This document shows positions 26,757-35,900 of a DNA stretch of 39,586 bases, one piece after another. Position 1 is the stretch's first letter. Every line of letters starts with the position of its first letter. Origin of the DNA: a virus (taxonomy: Duplodnaviria > Caudoviricetes); IMG/VR virus record IMGVR_UViG_3300011336_000276, positions 1 to 39,586 of that record; one strand, 5' to 3'. A model generated the notes under the pieces. That model ran no database searches, was not told where the DNA came from, and was given only the letters and a program-made list of their open reading frames with translations. The translations under genes were made by a program, and so were the position numbers.

Positions 26757-26954
26757 ATGTCGAGTTGGAAGACTACTACTGTTGGAATCTTGGCTGCTGT
26801 CGCAATCATGGCGACCCAAATCGGGGCGATGCTTGACAGCGACCCTGCCACCACCTTTTCGTTGGAAGCCATCTTCAGCGCGCTGGCTGCGCTTGGTATC
26901 GGCCTGTTCGCCCGTGACAACACCGTAACCAGCGAGCAGGCTGGAGTGAAGTGA
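26757..26954 (+). CDS. Putative holin (2 TM)
   Basis: SWKTTTVGILAAVAI..ALAALGIGLFARD; 65 aa, two hydrophobic segments, charged tail. Confidence 0.65.
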   Translation: MSSWKTTTVGILAAVAIMATQIGAMLDSDPATTFSLEAIFSALAALGIGLFARDNTVTSEQAGVK

Positions 26955-26958
26955 TGCC

Positions 26959-27192
26959 ATGCTCGACAAGTTTGTTGCCGCATTCGCCCTCGCTCTATTC
27001 GCTTACCTTGAGAAGCGTTTCGACCGTAGCAACACTGCTGTCGATGCTGATGTTGACCGCAAGACTTTGCGGCTTGCTTCTGTTCGCCTTCGTGCTTGGG
27101 TGCGGCAGCAGGACGATCTTCGTGCCGGAAAGCAGCCCAATGCGGATAGCGGAGCCGAACGGGGCAAGGATGAGGGTGTACCACCGCGTTGA
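26959..27192 (+). CDS. Putative i-spanin-like protein (N-terminal TM)
   Basis: MLDKFVAAFALALFAYL.. followed by a helical region; overlapped by a lipoprotein ORF in another frame. Confidence 0.5.
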   Translation: MLDKFVAAFALALFAYLEKRFDRSNTAVDADVDRKTLRLASVRLRAWVRQQDDLRAGKQPNADSGAERGKDEGVPPR

Positions 27193-27283
27193 TGGTGTCT
27201 GGACGCGGTCAGAGAATTCAATTGTTGTTCCAGAGGGCTGGTATTTGCTGCCTCCCTCCTACATGACTGAGGAAACGCCATGA
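27044..27283 (+). CDS. Putative o-spanin-like lipoprotein
   Basis: MLMLTARLCGLLLFAFVLG-C lipobox; Pro-containing mature part; overlaps the previous ORF like Rz/Rz1. Confidence 0.55.
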   Translation: MLMLTARLCGLLLFAFVLGCGSRTIFVPESSPMRIAEPNGARMRVYHRVDGVWTRSENSIVVPEGWYLLPPSYMTEETP

Positions 27284-27993
27284 CTGCGAAGATCCAGATC
27301 CGCCGAGACACGACCACAAACTGGGCCGCTCCAACTCCGCCAACGCTTGCTATTGGCGAGATTGGTCTTGATACGACTCTGAAGGCGATCAAGATTGGAG
27401 ACGGTTCATCCAATTGGACGGCGCTCCCGTGGCTAAAGCCAATCTTTGATACTGCAACTCAGTTTGTGGGGGGTACGGCAGCGCTTCCGTCAATTACCGC
27501 TATTGGTGATCCAAATACTGGAATTGCCTTTACTGCCGCAGACACGGTTGTAGTTGCAACCTCAGGGGTAGCAGCAATCACTGTTGGCACTACTCAGGGA
27601 GTGACGCTGTCATCCAATCTTAGTGTTGCTGGAACGCTCGATATGACGAGCGGCCTGATCAACAATGTTTTAACACCAGTTAGTGCCAACGATGCGGCGA
27701 CTAAGTCTTATGTAGATGGAACTCGCATCGGTCAGACGGCCATTATTTCTGTTGACGCAACTACGGTTAATACTGAAGTAAGTGGAACCACAGTTTCGAG
27801 TTTGTTTACTTGCTCCGTATCTGGAATTGCGAATCTTAGATCAACAGCAGGAACATGGAGGGGCATTGCTTGCAGTTCCACGGGGAACTATGCACAACTC
27901 AATGTCAACACTACTTCCGCATCAACTACTGCTGTAAATGGTGGAACCGCTCCGACAACCACATTTTGGGCGACACTTATTAGAACCGCATGA
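27280..27993 (+). CDS. Tail fibre with Mtd_N / hyaluronidase-type N-terminal domain
   Basis: KIQIRRDTTTNW..LAIGEIGLDT..KIGDGSSNWTALPW; NDAATKSYVD fibre motif; Thr-rich. Confidence 0.85.
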   Translation: MTAKIQIRRDTTTNWAAPTPPTLAIGEIGLDTTLKAIKIGDGSSNWTALPWLKPIFDTATQFVGGTAALPSITAIGDPNTGIAFTAADTVVVATSGVAAITVGTTQGVTLSSNLSVAGTLDMTSGLINNVLTPVSANDAATKSYVDGTRIGQTAIISVDATTVNTEVSGTTVSSLFTCSVSGIANLRSTAGTWRGIACSSTGNYAQLNVNTTSASTTAVNGGTAPTTTFWATLIRTA

Positions 27994-30311
27994 CCCACAT
28001 CCCAGTCCAACTTCCGTTTAAGGGCTTCACGGAGCAGTCGCAATTCAGCGTTGTTCCGCCGGGGATGACACCGTCATGCCTGAACATGATGCCATCGGAT
28101 ATTTGGAGTGGTCGAACTAGGATCAGTACTCGCAACGGAACGCAGTTGTACAGCAGCCTAGACGGGATTCAATTCCTTGGCTCGTACCGAGTGTACGAGG
28201 GAACTCCGTCCATTCTGGTAGAGAAGATCATCTTCGTGCGCGCCGGGAAGATCTACTACTCAGATCCCCATGCTGATATTCCTGCAACGCCCGTGCTGTT
28301 TGGAGACGGGACAACAACGCAAGCAACTGCCTTGTTGAACACTTCAGGTCTTGTAGAGGGTGTCCAGTTTGGAAACAACTTTCTGTTCGTTGACGGCGAT
28401 CACTATGTGATTGTGTTTCTAGATACCCCAACTATCTCTACTGCGGTTGGAATTTGGGGGAAATCCGCAACTACCGAACGCGGTCCTTGGCATACGGATC
28501 CATCTGGTGTTGCGGCAGGGGAAAGAGCAACGCTGATATGCAGGTGGGGCGCTAGGCTTGTTCTTGCTGGGTACAAGAAGTTTCCGAACCTTTGGTATGC
28601 CTGTCAGCCTGATCTTATTTATCCATACATAAGTGACCCAGCGGCTGCTGCATTTGATGGATGGGATCCAACTCATTACATCGGCGCGATCTCTGGTACT
28701 AGCGGCAATGAATTTGGAACTCTTGGAGATCCGATTGTTGCGATCTTCCCGTTTGCGCAGACTGGGTTGATGTTCGCCTGCTCAAACTCGTTTGCGTTTC
28801 TTACGAGCGATCCAGTAATTGATACGACTGCTCAAATCTCCTGCCTTACGAGGTCGATTGGCATTGCTGGCTCGCGAGCATTCTGCCAGTCGCAAGAGAA
28901 GGGCGCGTTCATCCTTGCGAATGACGGGCTGTACTTCCTCAACGCGAATGACTTCAACTTCAACCGAGCCTCTCGGGTAAGCGCTGGTAGGCTTGATTCG
29001 TTCTTCCTTCGCCTTGACTTCGGAACACCCGCTATTGGCGGCACTGGAAGTTTGTCGGGCGGAACATTGCGATCCGTTTCAACCGATGTCGGAACTGCAT
29101 CTGGACCACTCGCTGAGAAGCAAACCCAAGACGGCGGTTTGTCGAGCGATGCCACAGCCGAGACAGTAGACCTTGGCACTTCTATCGCATCCCTGTTCGG
29201 CTCTACGGAAACAGGAGAGGTATTCCCGTGCCTCTGCTATGACCCTGACCGAGAGGGGGTGTGGGTCTTCTTGTCAGTAAGCGGAGTGGAGCAAGCAAGC
29301 CTGCACCTGTACTACGACTTGAAAACAGATTCGTTTTGGCCACAGCGGTTTGCGGATCCCAACATCTATGCTCCTACCTGCTCTTCGTACATCGGAACAT
29401 CGAGGACTAGCACTGGAAGGCTGTTCATAGGGGGATCAGAATCTCTTAGCATCATCGGCAGATCTTTCCCCATTGGAATCGACGGGTGGAATGAAGCCAT
29501 GACTGATGAAGATCAGCGCAGGCAGTTTGTACGAAGCAGCCTGACCGTTGGTCCAGTTCTTGCGCAGTTGCCGTACCGCGTGATGATGAACGAAATCCGT
29601 GTTGACCTTGCAGATGATGGATATGAGGTTCCTTCTAACTTTACTGATCTGAGTCAGGATCCGATCATCTCTGTATCGAGTGGCGATACGGCGCAGAGCG
29701 CCTTGGGCATTCAAACGGACAGCCTGTTCGTCATCAACCTGAATCCGCTCGTGATCGATTGTGGAGATGCGTTTGTATCTAGTCCCTCCCCATTTTATGA
29801 CGGAGGAGAGCCCGGGGCAGTCGTTGTAACACCTCCAAACTACATCGACGGGCGATTTGCTGTTAGGCCATTCGGCCAGTACACACAGGACGATCCGTTT
29901 GCAGAGGGCATCAACCGCGTCTACATCGGACCGGGAGATTGGTTGATTCGATGGGATCTTACCCAGATTTGCTGGACGATTGAACGCATCTCATCTACTG
30001 GACCAACTGTATATACCGTTGAATACGAGCAGATTGTTCCGGACATTGGCTCGCCAGATGGAGCGATGATCACGCTGACGCAGAATCCCGTATCACCAGA
30101 TGTCATGGACAACGCAAATGTATCGGGAGCGTCCTTCCCAGAGGCGAGTGTTACTGAGGTGGGATCACTTGTTCCCGGGCGTAACACCGCCAAGAAGTGC
30201 AGAATCCGTGGCGAAGCGTTGTATATGACTATCGCATCCGATGGGAAGCCGTGGGCTATTGAGCGCATGGCTGTTCTTGTTTCACAGGTTGGAAAGAGCA
30301 GAGGAGACTAA
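27990..30311 (+). CDS. Tail nozzle / tubular protein B (P22 gp10-like)
   Basis: 773 aa, beta-propeller-like; RWGARLVLAG..LWY, GDPIVAI, IGIAG..FILANDGLY, YYDLKTDSFW; synteny. Confidence 0.75.
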   Translation: MTHIPVQLPFKGFTEQSQFSVVPPGMTPSCLNMMPSDIWSGRTRISTRNGTQLYSSLDGIQFLGSYRVYEGTPSILVEKIIFVRAGKIYYSDPHADIPATPVLFGDGTTTQATALLNTSGLVEGVQFGNNFLFVDGDHYVIVFLDTPTISTAVGIWGKSATTERGPWHTDPSGVAAGERATLICRWGARLVLAGYKKFPNLWYACQPDLIYPYISDPAAAAFDGWDPTHYIGAISGTSGNEFGTLGDPIVAIFPFAQTGLMFACSNSFAFLTSDPVIDTTAQISCLTRSIGIAGSRAFCQSQEKGAFILANDGLYFLNANDFNFNRASRVSAGRLDSFFLRLDFGTPAIGGTGSLSGGTLRSVSTDVGTASGPLAEKQTQDGGLSSDATAETVDLGTSIASLFGSTETGEVFPCLCYDPDREGVWVFLSVSGVEQASLHLYYDLKTDSFWPQRFADPNIYAPTCSSYIGTSRTSTGRLFIGGSESLSIIGRSFPIGIDGWNEAMTDEDQRRQFVRSSLTVGPVLAQLPYRVMMNEIRVDLADDGYEVPSNFTDLSQDPIISVSSGDTAQSALGIQTDSLFVINLNPLVIDCGDAFVSSPSPFYDGGEPGAVVVTPPNYIDGRFAVRPFGQYTQDDPFAEGINRVYIGPGDWLIRWDLTQICWTIERISSTGPTVYTVEYEQIVPDIGSPDGAMITLTQNPVSPDVMDNANVSGASFPEASVTEVGSLVPGRNTAKKCRIRGEALYMTIASDGKPWAIERMAVLVSQVGKSRGD

Positions 30312-30312
30312 T

Positions 30313-31203
30313 ATGTCATGGTTCTCAGAAGCCATCTCAGGTGGCGCTGGCGCTCGGCGGCAGGCTCTATCGAGGGTCGGTGCATCAGCAGTCAGCGAAT
30401 TCAGAACTCTTGGTACTGACTATGCCGCTCTTTTCAACCCAGTGATTGAGCGGTACACGCAAGACCGCCAAGCAAACATGGGTTTGTACCGAGCCGAAAT
30501 GGCTCGGGCTGAATCGTCGTTTACTCAGTACCTGACTCAAGCGAAACAGGAATACGGAGCGGGTATGGATCGAGCAATCTCTGAAATGAGAGTTGGTCGA
30601 GAATCTACGCTTGCTCTTTCTGCTCAAGAAACTGGCAGGCAACAGCAGTCTGCGCGTTCTATGAATGCGTTCACTGGTCTTGGTCAAACATCGTTCGGTC
30701 AGGGACGGGTAGAAGCCATCGGGCGGCAAGGCACATTGCAGCAGGGTGCAATCACGGAGCAATACGCAGGCCAACTGTCTGCACTTGAATCGCAGCGAGC
30801 GGCAGGCATGTCCACTATCACCGCGCAAACTGGACAGGGTCTATCGGGAATGCAGCAATCGATGGCCGCAAACCTGTCCAACATGTACCAGACCTACAGC
30901 GGCAACATCGCCAACATGCAGCAGTCTGGTATTGGCCAGCAATTCAACATGTATCAGCGCGGTATGGACCTCAATTACGGTGCGCAAACCCAAGCGGCGA
31001 ATCTTGCTGGAGGCGGAATTGCCGCCTTCGGAAGTGCTGCATCGGCAGTTGGCGGCTCTCTTCTCGGAGGCTGGATGTCCAATGGATTTAGTATGGGAGG
31101 AATGTCTACTCCCAATACCTACAGCGGCCAATACACCAATCAGTCTGGTGGAAACATAAACGGTGGATATAACTCCAGCGGTGGCGCTGTAGGAGGAAGG
31201 TAA
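30313..31203 (+). CDS. DNA ejection/pilot protein (Gln/Gly-rich)
   Basis: GAGGAG RBS; Q/A/G-rich helical region and Gly-rich hydrophobic C-terminus; first gene after the nozzle. Confidence 0.65.
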   Translation: MSWFSEAISGGAGARRQALSRVGASAVSEFRTLGTDYAALFNPVIERYTQDRQANMGLYRAEMARAESSFTQYLTQAKQEYGAGMDRAISEMRVGRESTLALSAQETGRQQQSARSMNAFTGLGQTSFGQGRVEAIGRQGTLQQGAITEQYAGQLSALESQRAAGMSTITAQTGQGLSGMQQSMAANLSNMYQTYSGNIANMQQSGIGQQFNMYQRGMDLNYGAQTQAANLAGGGIAAFGSAASAVGGSLLGGWMSNGFSMGGMSTPNTYSGQYTNQSGGNINGGYNSSGGAVGGR

Positions 31204-31208
31204 TCAAC

Positions 31209-31778
31209 ATGATTCAGCAAGATGATTTCTTCACCCCAGATCGATTGAAAGACATCGGTGTTGGACTTGGTCAAGGACTTCAAGCGCCGAATGCATTGTC
31301 CGCATTTGGTGCTGCTCTTTCAGGAACTATTGCTAGTAGTTCTGAGCGCGCAAATCGCGCTGAACTTATTGCTCTACGCGCGGCTGATGCTAAAGCGCAA
31401 GAGGAAGCGCAGATTCGCGGTGAAGGCCGAAAGGAAGCATCGGCAATTCGCGGTGAGGACCGCGCTCGCGAGAACGCGAAGAATGAGCGAGCGGACAACC
31501 TTAAGTATTTCCTTGATCAGAATGTTAACCTTTTTAGCCAAGGGAAAGACTCTCCATCAGCGGTTGCTGATAGGCGGAAGAATTCCGAATTCGCGCAAGC
31601 ATTTGCCCAAATGATGAGTGGAAATCAGCCTCGGCTTAAAGGTAATTCACCTGCCAATCTGTGGGATGAATTGATGGCTCAACCAAGGGACAAGCCAGAA
31701 GACAAACCAAAATATCCGATGCTAAGGGAAGTGTTTAATCAACGACGAAATGCGTCTGACCCGAGGACTAATCGATGA
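31209..31778 (+). CDS. Putative internal virion protein
   Basis: Gly/Ala N-terminal segment plus charged coiled coil; ejection-module synteny. Confidence 0.55.
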   Translation: MIQQDDFFTPDRLKDIGVGLGQGLQAPNALSAFGAALSGTIASSSERANRAELIALRAADAKAQEEAQIRGEGRKEASAIRGEDRARENAKNERADNLKYFLDQNVNLFSQGKDSPSAVADRRKNSEFAQAFAQMMSGNQPRLKGNSPANLWDELMAQPRDKPEDKPKYPMLREVFNQRRNASDPRTNR

Positions 31779-32974
31779 TGAACATTTCCGAAGCCGTTGC
31801 CCCTGATCCCGCTGCTCCTGAAACGGTTGCTGGTGGTTCGTATATTCCGCAAACTCCTCCAGTAGATCCTCAAGCAGCAGTCAAAGGAATTGCTGGGCCA
31901 AAGGAACTACTTGGGCAAGCCCGTGATGTAAATCATCTTCCTCTCACCCTGTCGGGAATCTCCGATGGTGATCCCGTAGGCATGGAGACATTTGATCTGG
32001 GGTTCTTTGAGGACGGCACTCCAGCCATTGTGATCAATGGAGCCAATGTCCCTATCCAGCAATCTCAGTGGATGGCGCTTCTCACGATGAGGAACAAGAC
32101 TCGTGAAGAAGTGAAATCTCAAATGCAATTTGAGGCTGTAAAGCAGCAGGCTAAGACAACGATCTCGGCCATCATCAAATCTGCACCCAATATCCCACCG
32201 CAACTAGGGATGTTGTTGATGTCGATGGCAGATATGGATCCGGGAGAAGCGATGAAGCAGACTCAGCAGTTGCTAGTCAGCATGTCGAAGGATGGCGGAA
32301 AGCAGCAGATCGGCCAACTGTCCGCGATGATTCAAGACAATTCAATATCTGCTGAAATGTCTCGGCTCAATCGAGAGGTAGAGGTAGAAGTAGGAAAGAG
32401 TCCTCTTGGCGAGCCGATCATGGCCAAGTCATCTGCTGCGCGATTGCGAATGGGTCAACTTTCTAAATCCAATGAGAAGAGCAAGCAGAAGACCGCTTAC
32501 GCCGTCAGTGTTCTTGATTCGTTTTTCCCTCCCAAGGGGTTGAAGGCAAATCAAGCGACCAGCGGACCAATCGGCATCTTTGATGCGATGGCCAGTACGG
32601 ATGGTGGAGATACCAGCGAACTGTCTAAGTTTGAACTTCTCCGCAGCCTTGCCGCATACAGCGATATGTGGCCGTCCAAGGTTGAGTGGATGAATGCGCC
32701 TACCAGTATGGGTCCAAACGCTGGTCAACCAGTGGACATGGATGGCGCTCCGCAGGAGTATCGGCAGTTTAGAAACTACCTACTTGAACTAGATCAATGG
32801 GCGAGCAACGCTTTCAAGTGGGATCGTTCGGATCCACGCGCAATCGACCTGTACATGCAGCAAGTCTTTGTAAACAACCGCATGGGACAGATTCCTCAAG
32901 GTGCGCAACCCGTTCAGGGTGCGCAGCCAGCAGCGACTACAGGCGACAGTACTGGCTTCAACTTTGACTCTTAA
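31775..32974 (+). CDS. Putative internal virion protein
   Basis: 399 aa, Q/M-rich helical; ATGA-coupled; precedes the giant gene. Confidence 0.55.
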   Translation: MMNISEAVAPDPAAPETVAGGSYIPQTPPVDPQAAVKGIAGPKELLGQARDVNHLPLTLSGISDGDPVGMETFDLGFFEDGTPAIVINGANVPIQQSQWMALLTMRNKTREEVKSQMQFEAVKQQAKTTISAIIKSAPNIPPQLGMLLMSMADMDPGEAMKQTQQLLVSMSKDGGKQQIGQLSAMIQDNSISAEMSRLNREVEVEVGKSPLGEPIMAKSSAARLRMGQLSKSNEKSKQKTAYAVSVLDSFFPPKGLKANQATSGPIGIFDAMASTDGGDTSELSKFELLRSLAAYSDMWPSKVEWMNAPTSMGPNAGQPVDMDGAPQEYRQFRNYLLELDQWASNAFKWDRSDPRAIDLYMQQVFVNNRMGQIPQGAQPVQGAQPAATTGDSTGFNFDS

Positions 32975-32977
32975 ACC

Positions 32978-35900
32978 ATGACACAAATGAATACCCAATC
33001 GCAGATTGACCGTATGCGCGCAGCGGCCTCTAAGCAAGCGCGCGAAAGCATGGCTGCTCAAGGGATCAATCCAGAAACGCCACAGGCTGCTGAGATGATG
33101 AAAGCCACCTTAGACAAGGTGGAAGATACCGCTTGGCGTGGCGCGTATGAGAAGTCGCTTTCCAATTTGATTGGGTTGCAAGTTCCCGGCATTACAGCGC
33201 TCAATGATGAGGCTGATATTCAGAAGTTGGGTAGCAGGTTCTCAGTTACAAATCAGGATGCTGAGCAATATGCTCGTCTTGCAGCAAATCAATTTACAAA
33301 GGGCATGACCCCAGTAAAGTGGGCTGAGTACAACAACAACAAGCGCGGTCTTCCTTCCGCTGTCGCTGAAGGTGTCATTGGAAGCACTCTCACTTCCTTT
33401 GAGGGAATGATTGGAGGTGTTTTCGGTGGTGCTTACAGCATGTACGACATGATTGGGCCGGGAGGTCTTCGTTGGCAGGAAGAGGCGATTACTGTTGACC
33501 AACAGTTAAAGCATCTGCAAGGAGCGATAGACGCAGCCCAAACTGGCGCTGAAGTCGCGCGTTTTTTTGCTGGTAGGGAAATCGATGAAGCAACAGGAAA
33601 ATCCGTTAGCGATTCTGGTGGATACCTAGAAGAATTGGCTGGTCCGCCGGGACAACCGATGCTGAAGAGCGAGCGCTTCGGAAGCCCCGGAGGTGATTTT
33701 GGCGCAGCAGTCGTATCGGAAGCAGAGGATATTGGAGCCGCTATTGGCTCTATGCCTTTGTCAGTTCCATCGATGCTTGCTCGCGATCCAGTTACCAGAG
33801 CGGCGGCAATGATCCCATTTGCGTTCTCTGGATACGGAGATGCCAAGACCTCTCGATACAACATCTGGAAAGAGCAAGTTCAAGACGCGAAAGATCTGGG
33901 AATCAATCCTCCGCCACTTCCATCGGTTGCCGAGTTTGAAACATGGGGCATGTTGGGAATGGTGTTTGAGGTTGGTTCCGAATATGTCGGTGACAGAATT
34001 CAGGTAGGGGCGATGAAGGTTGCGGGAGGCAAGGCAATTGGTAAGTGGGGAGGAAAGGCTGTTATCTAAACACTTGAGTCGTTGCAGAAAAGCATGGCGC
34101 GTACTCGTGGTCCTATTGGTGCTGCTAAGCGATTTGTAGTAGGAGCCGTTGTTCCGGGCATCACTGAAGGACTTGAAGAAACCGTTCCTTCTGTTGGTAA
34201 TGAATTTCAGGATGCCGCGACCGATTTGTTCTTCACTCCTGAAGAGTCGTTTTGGAACGACAAGGGTGACCGCGAATTCTGGAGCGAGAATACATGGCAT
34301 TCGGCAAAGGTCGGAGCGTATTCGGGTTTCCTGATGGGAGCGGGAAATCAGTACGCAAGTCCAACTGCCTTTAAGAATCGCAGGGCTAACAGTCAGGCTC
34401 GTGCTGAGGCTCTTAAGGGAACCTCTTTCGTCACTGAAAGTCTGATGCAGGGCCAGCAGCAGGATGCAAAGGGAGTCATTTTCCCAACGCGGAAGGATGG
34501 GTCTAAATCCATCCAGCAGTTCCGAAGGAGTGTCATGGCTACTCGCAGCAGTGCGATGGCAATGCACCATGTTGAACAAGTTGGAGATGACACCCGTGGA
34601 ATCATGGTTGTTGATCCAGCGGACATGGGAACCACTCTTACATCAGATGTTCTTGCTCGCATGAACGCTTTGGGTATCTCTACAAAGCCAATTGGGACCA
34701 TTGACGGCAAGAAGGTGTTTGCCAAGTCTGCAAATATCCAGCAAGTGCGAGCGCAAATACAGGCTGGCAACTTTGCGGCACTGGGTGGAAACCCTCTTAC
34801 TAATGACGGCCAATTGATGATGGGCGCTGTCGTATTGCGGGACAAGGCGGGGCGAGTTGTCGAAGTCATGCCCTACTCTGATCCTGCGCAGATGTACTTT
34901 CAGGCTGTGGCTATCGGCGCGGACGCAAAGGCGCGCGGGTTGACGATGGATGTCGTTAACGAAAGCACAAAGCAGAAATACTCTGATGTAGTCGATTCCA
35001 TCAACCGTGCGCAGGATGCGGATGCTGCTCAGGAAAACCTACCCAAGCGCGCCCAACGGCCAGTTCCTGTCAGGGACACAAATCGAGGCGTTAAAGCGTT
35101 GCGCATCGACATCACCCGTTTCGCAAGCGGGAGTAAGAACAAAAAGGGCGCAAAGTCTACTTCCCCTTTCTCTTACGGGAATGGCTCTGGATACTTGACC
35201 ACTGAAGAGATCGGCGATGCCACCAACGGCGATGTCTCTGTGCTGGTTTCGTTGAACAAAATTGCCGAAGCAGATCAATCTGACGGAGAGCGCAATCTCT
35301 CAAGCACAACTGATGCAAACGCCACCATCCTTGACGGAAAGGTGATGTTCTCGATCAAGCAAAAGGACGGGTCCGTAAAGACAATCGAGAAGCCAATCCG
35401 TATGGATGGCGTGTACTTGCCGCAAGCGTCCCCAGACGGCGTGTTCCTTGTGCGCGAGAACGGTACGGCAATGAATGCCAGATCCGCGTTTGCAATTGCC
35501 TTGCATGAGATGCGACACCGAACGCTTGCTCGCTCTCGAAATGGAGCAGAGTACTTCGCGAAGTTGCTTCAATTGGATCCTGCCTATGCAATGCGCGGAG
35601 GAGCGCAGTACATGCGCCAAATGTTTGAAGGGAAGTTTGACGGTGTAAGTGATGCGAAGATCATCGCGTACTACCGAGGACTTCACGAAGCAACGCAGGC
35701 GCATATGCAGGGCGTTGCCACAGCAGAACAGCAGCAACTGATTGCGGACAACCGCAAGGATGAAGCAGGCAATTCTGTGGGCAATACTTCTCAAGCGCTT
35801 GGTGATGTTCGGACATTCTCCGAAGAAAGCGTCACGACTACATCCAATCGAGCATTCGGCCAGTTGACTACCTCGGCTGCGGAGTGGGATGGAATCCACG

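Noticed and set aside
27280-27993. Diversity-generating retroelement suggested by the Mtd_N-like domain
   Set aside because: No reverse transcriptase, no TR/VR repeat pair and no C-type lectin C-terminus seen
3864-34069. Genome-wide stop-codon reassignment to explain the internal TAG and TAA
   Set aside because: The two stops are different codons, TAA ends many clear genes (portal, capsid), and no suppressor tRNA was seen
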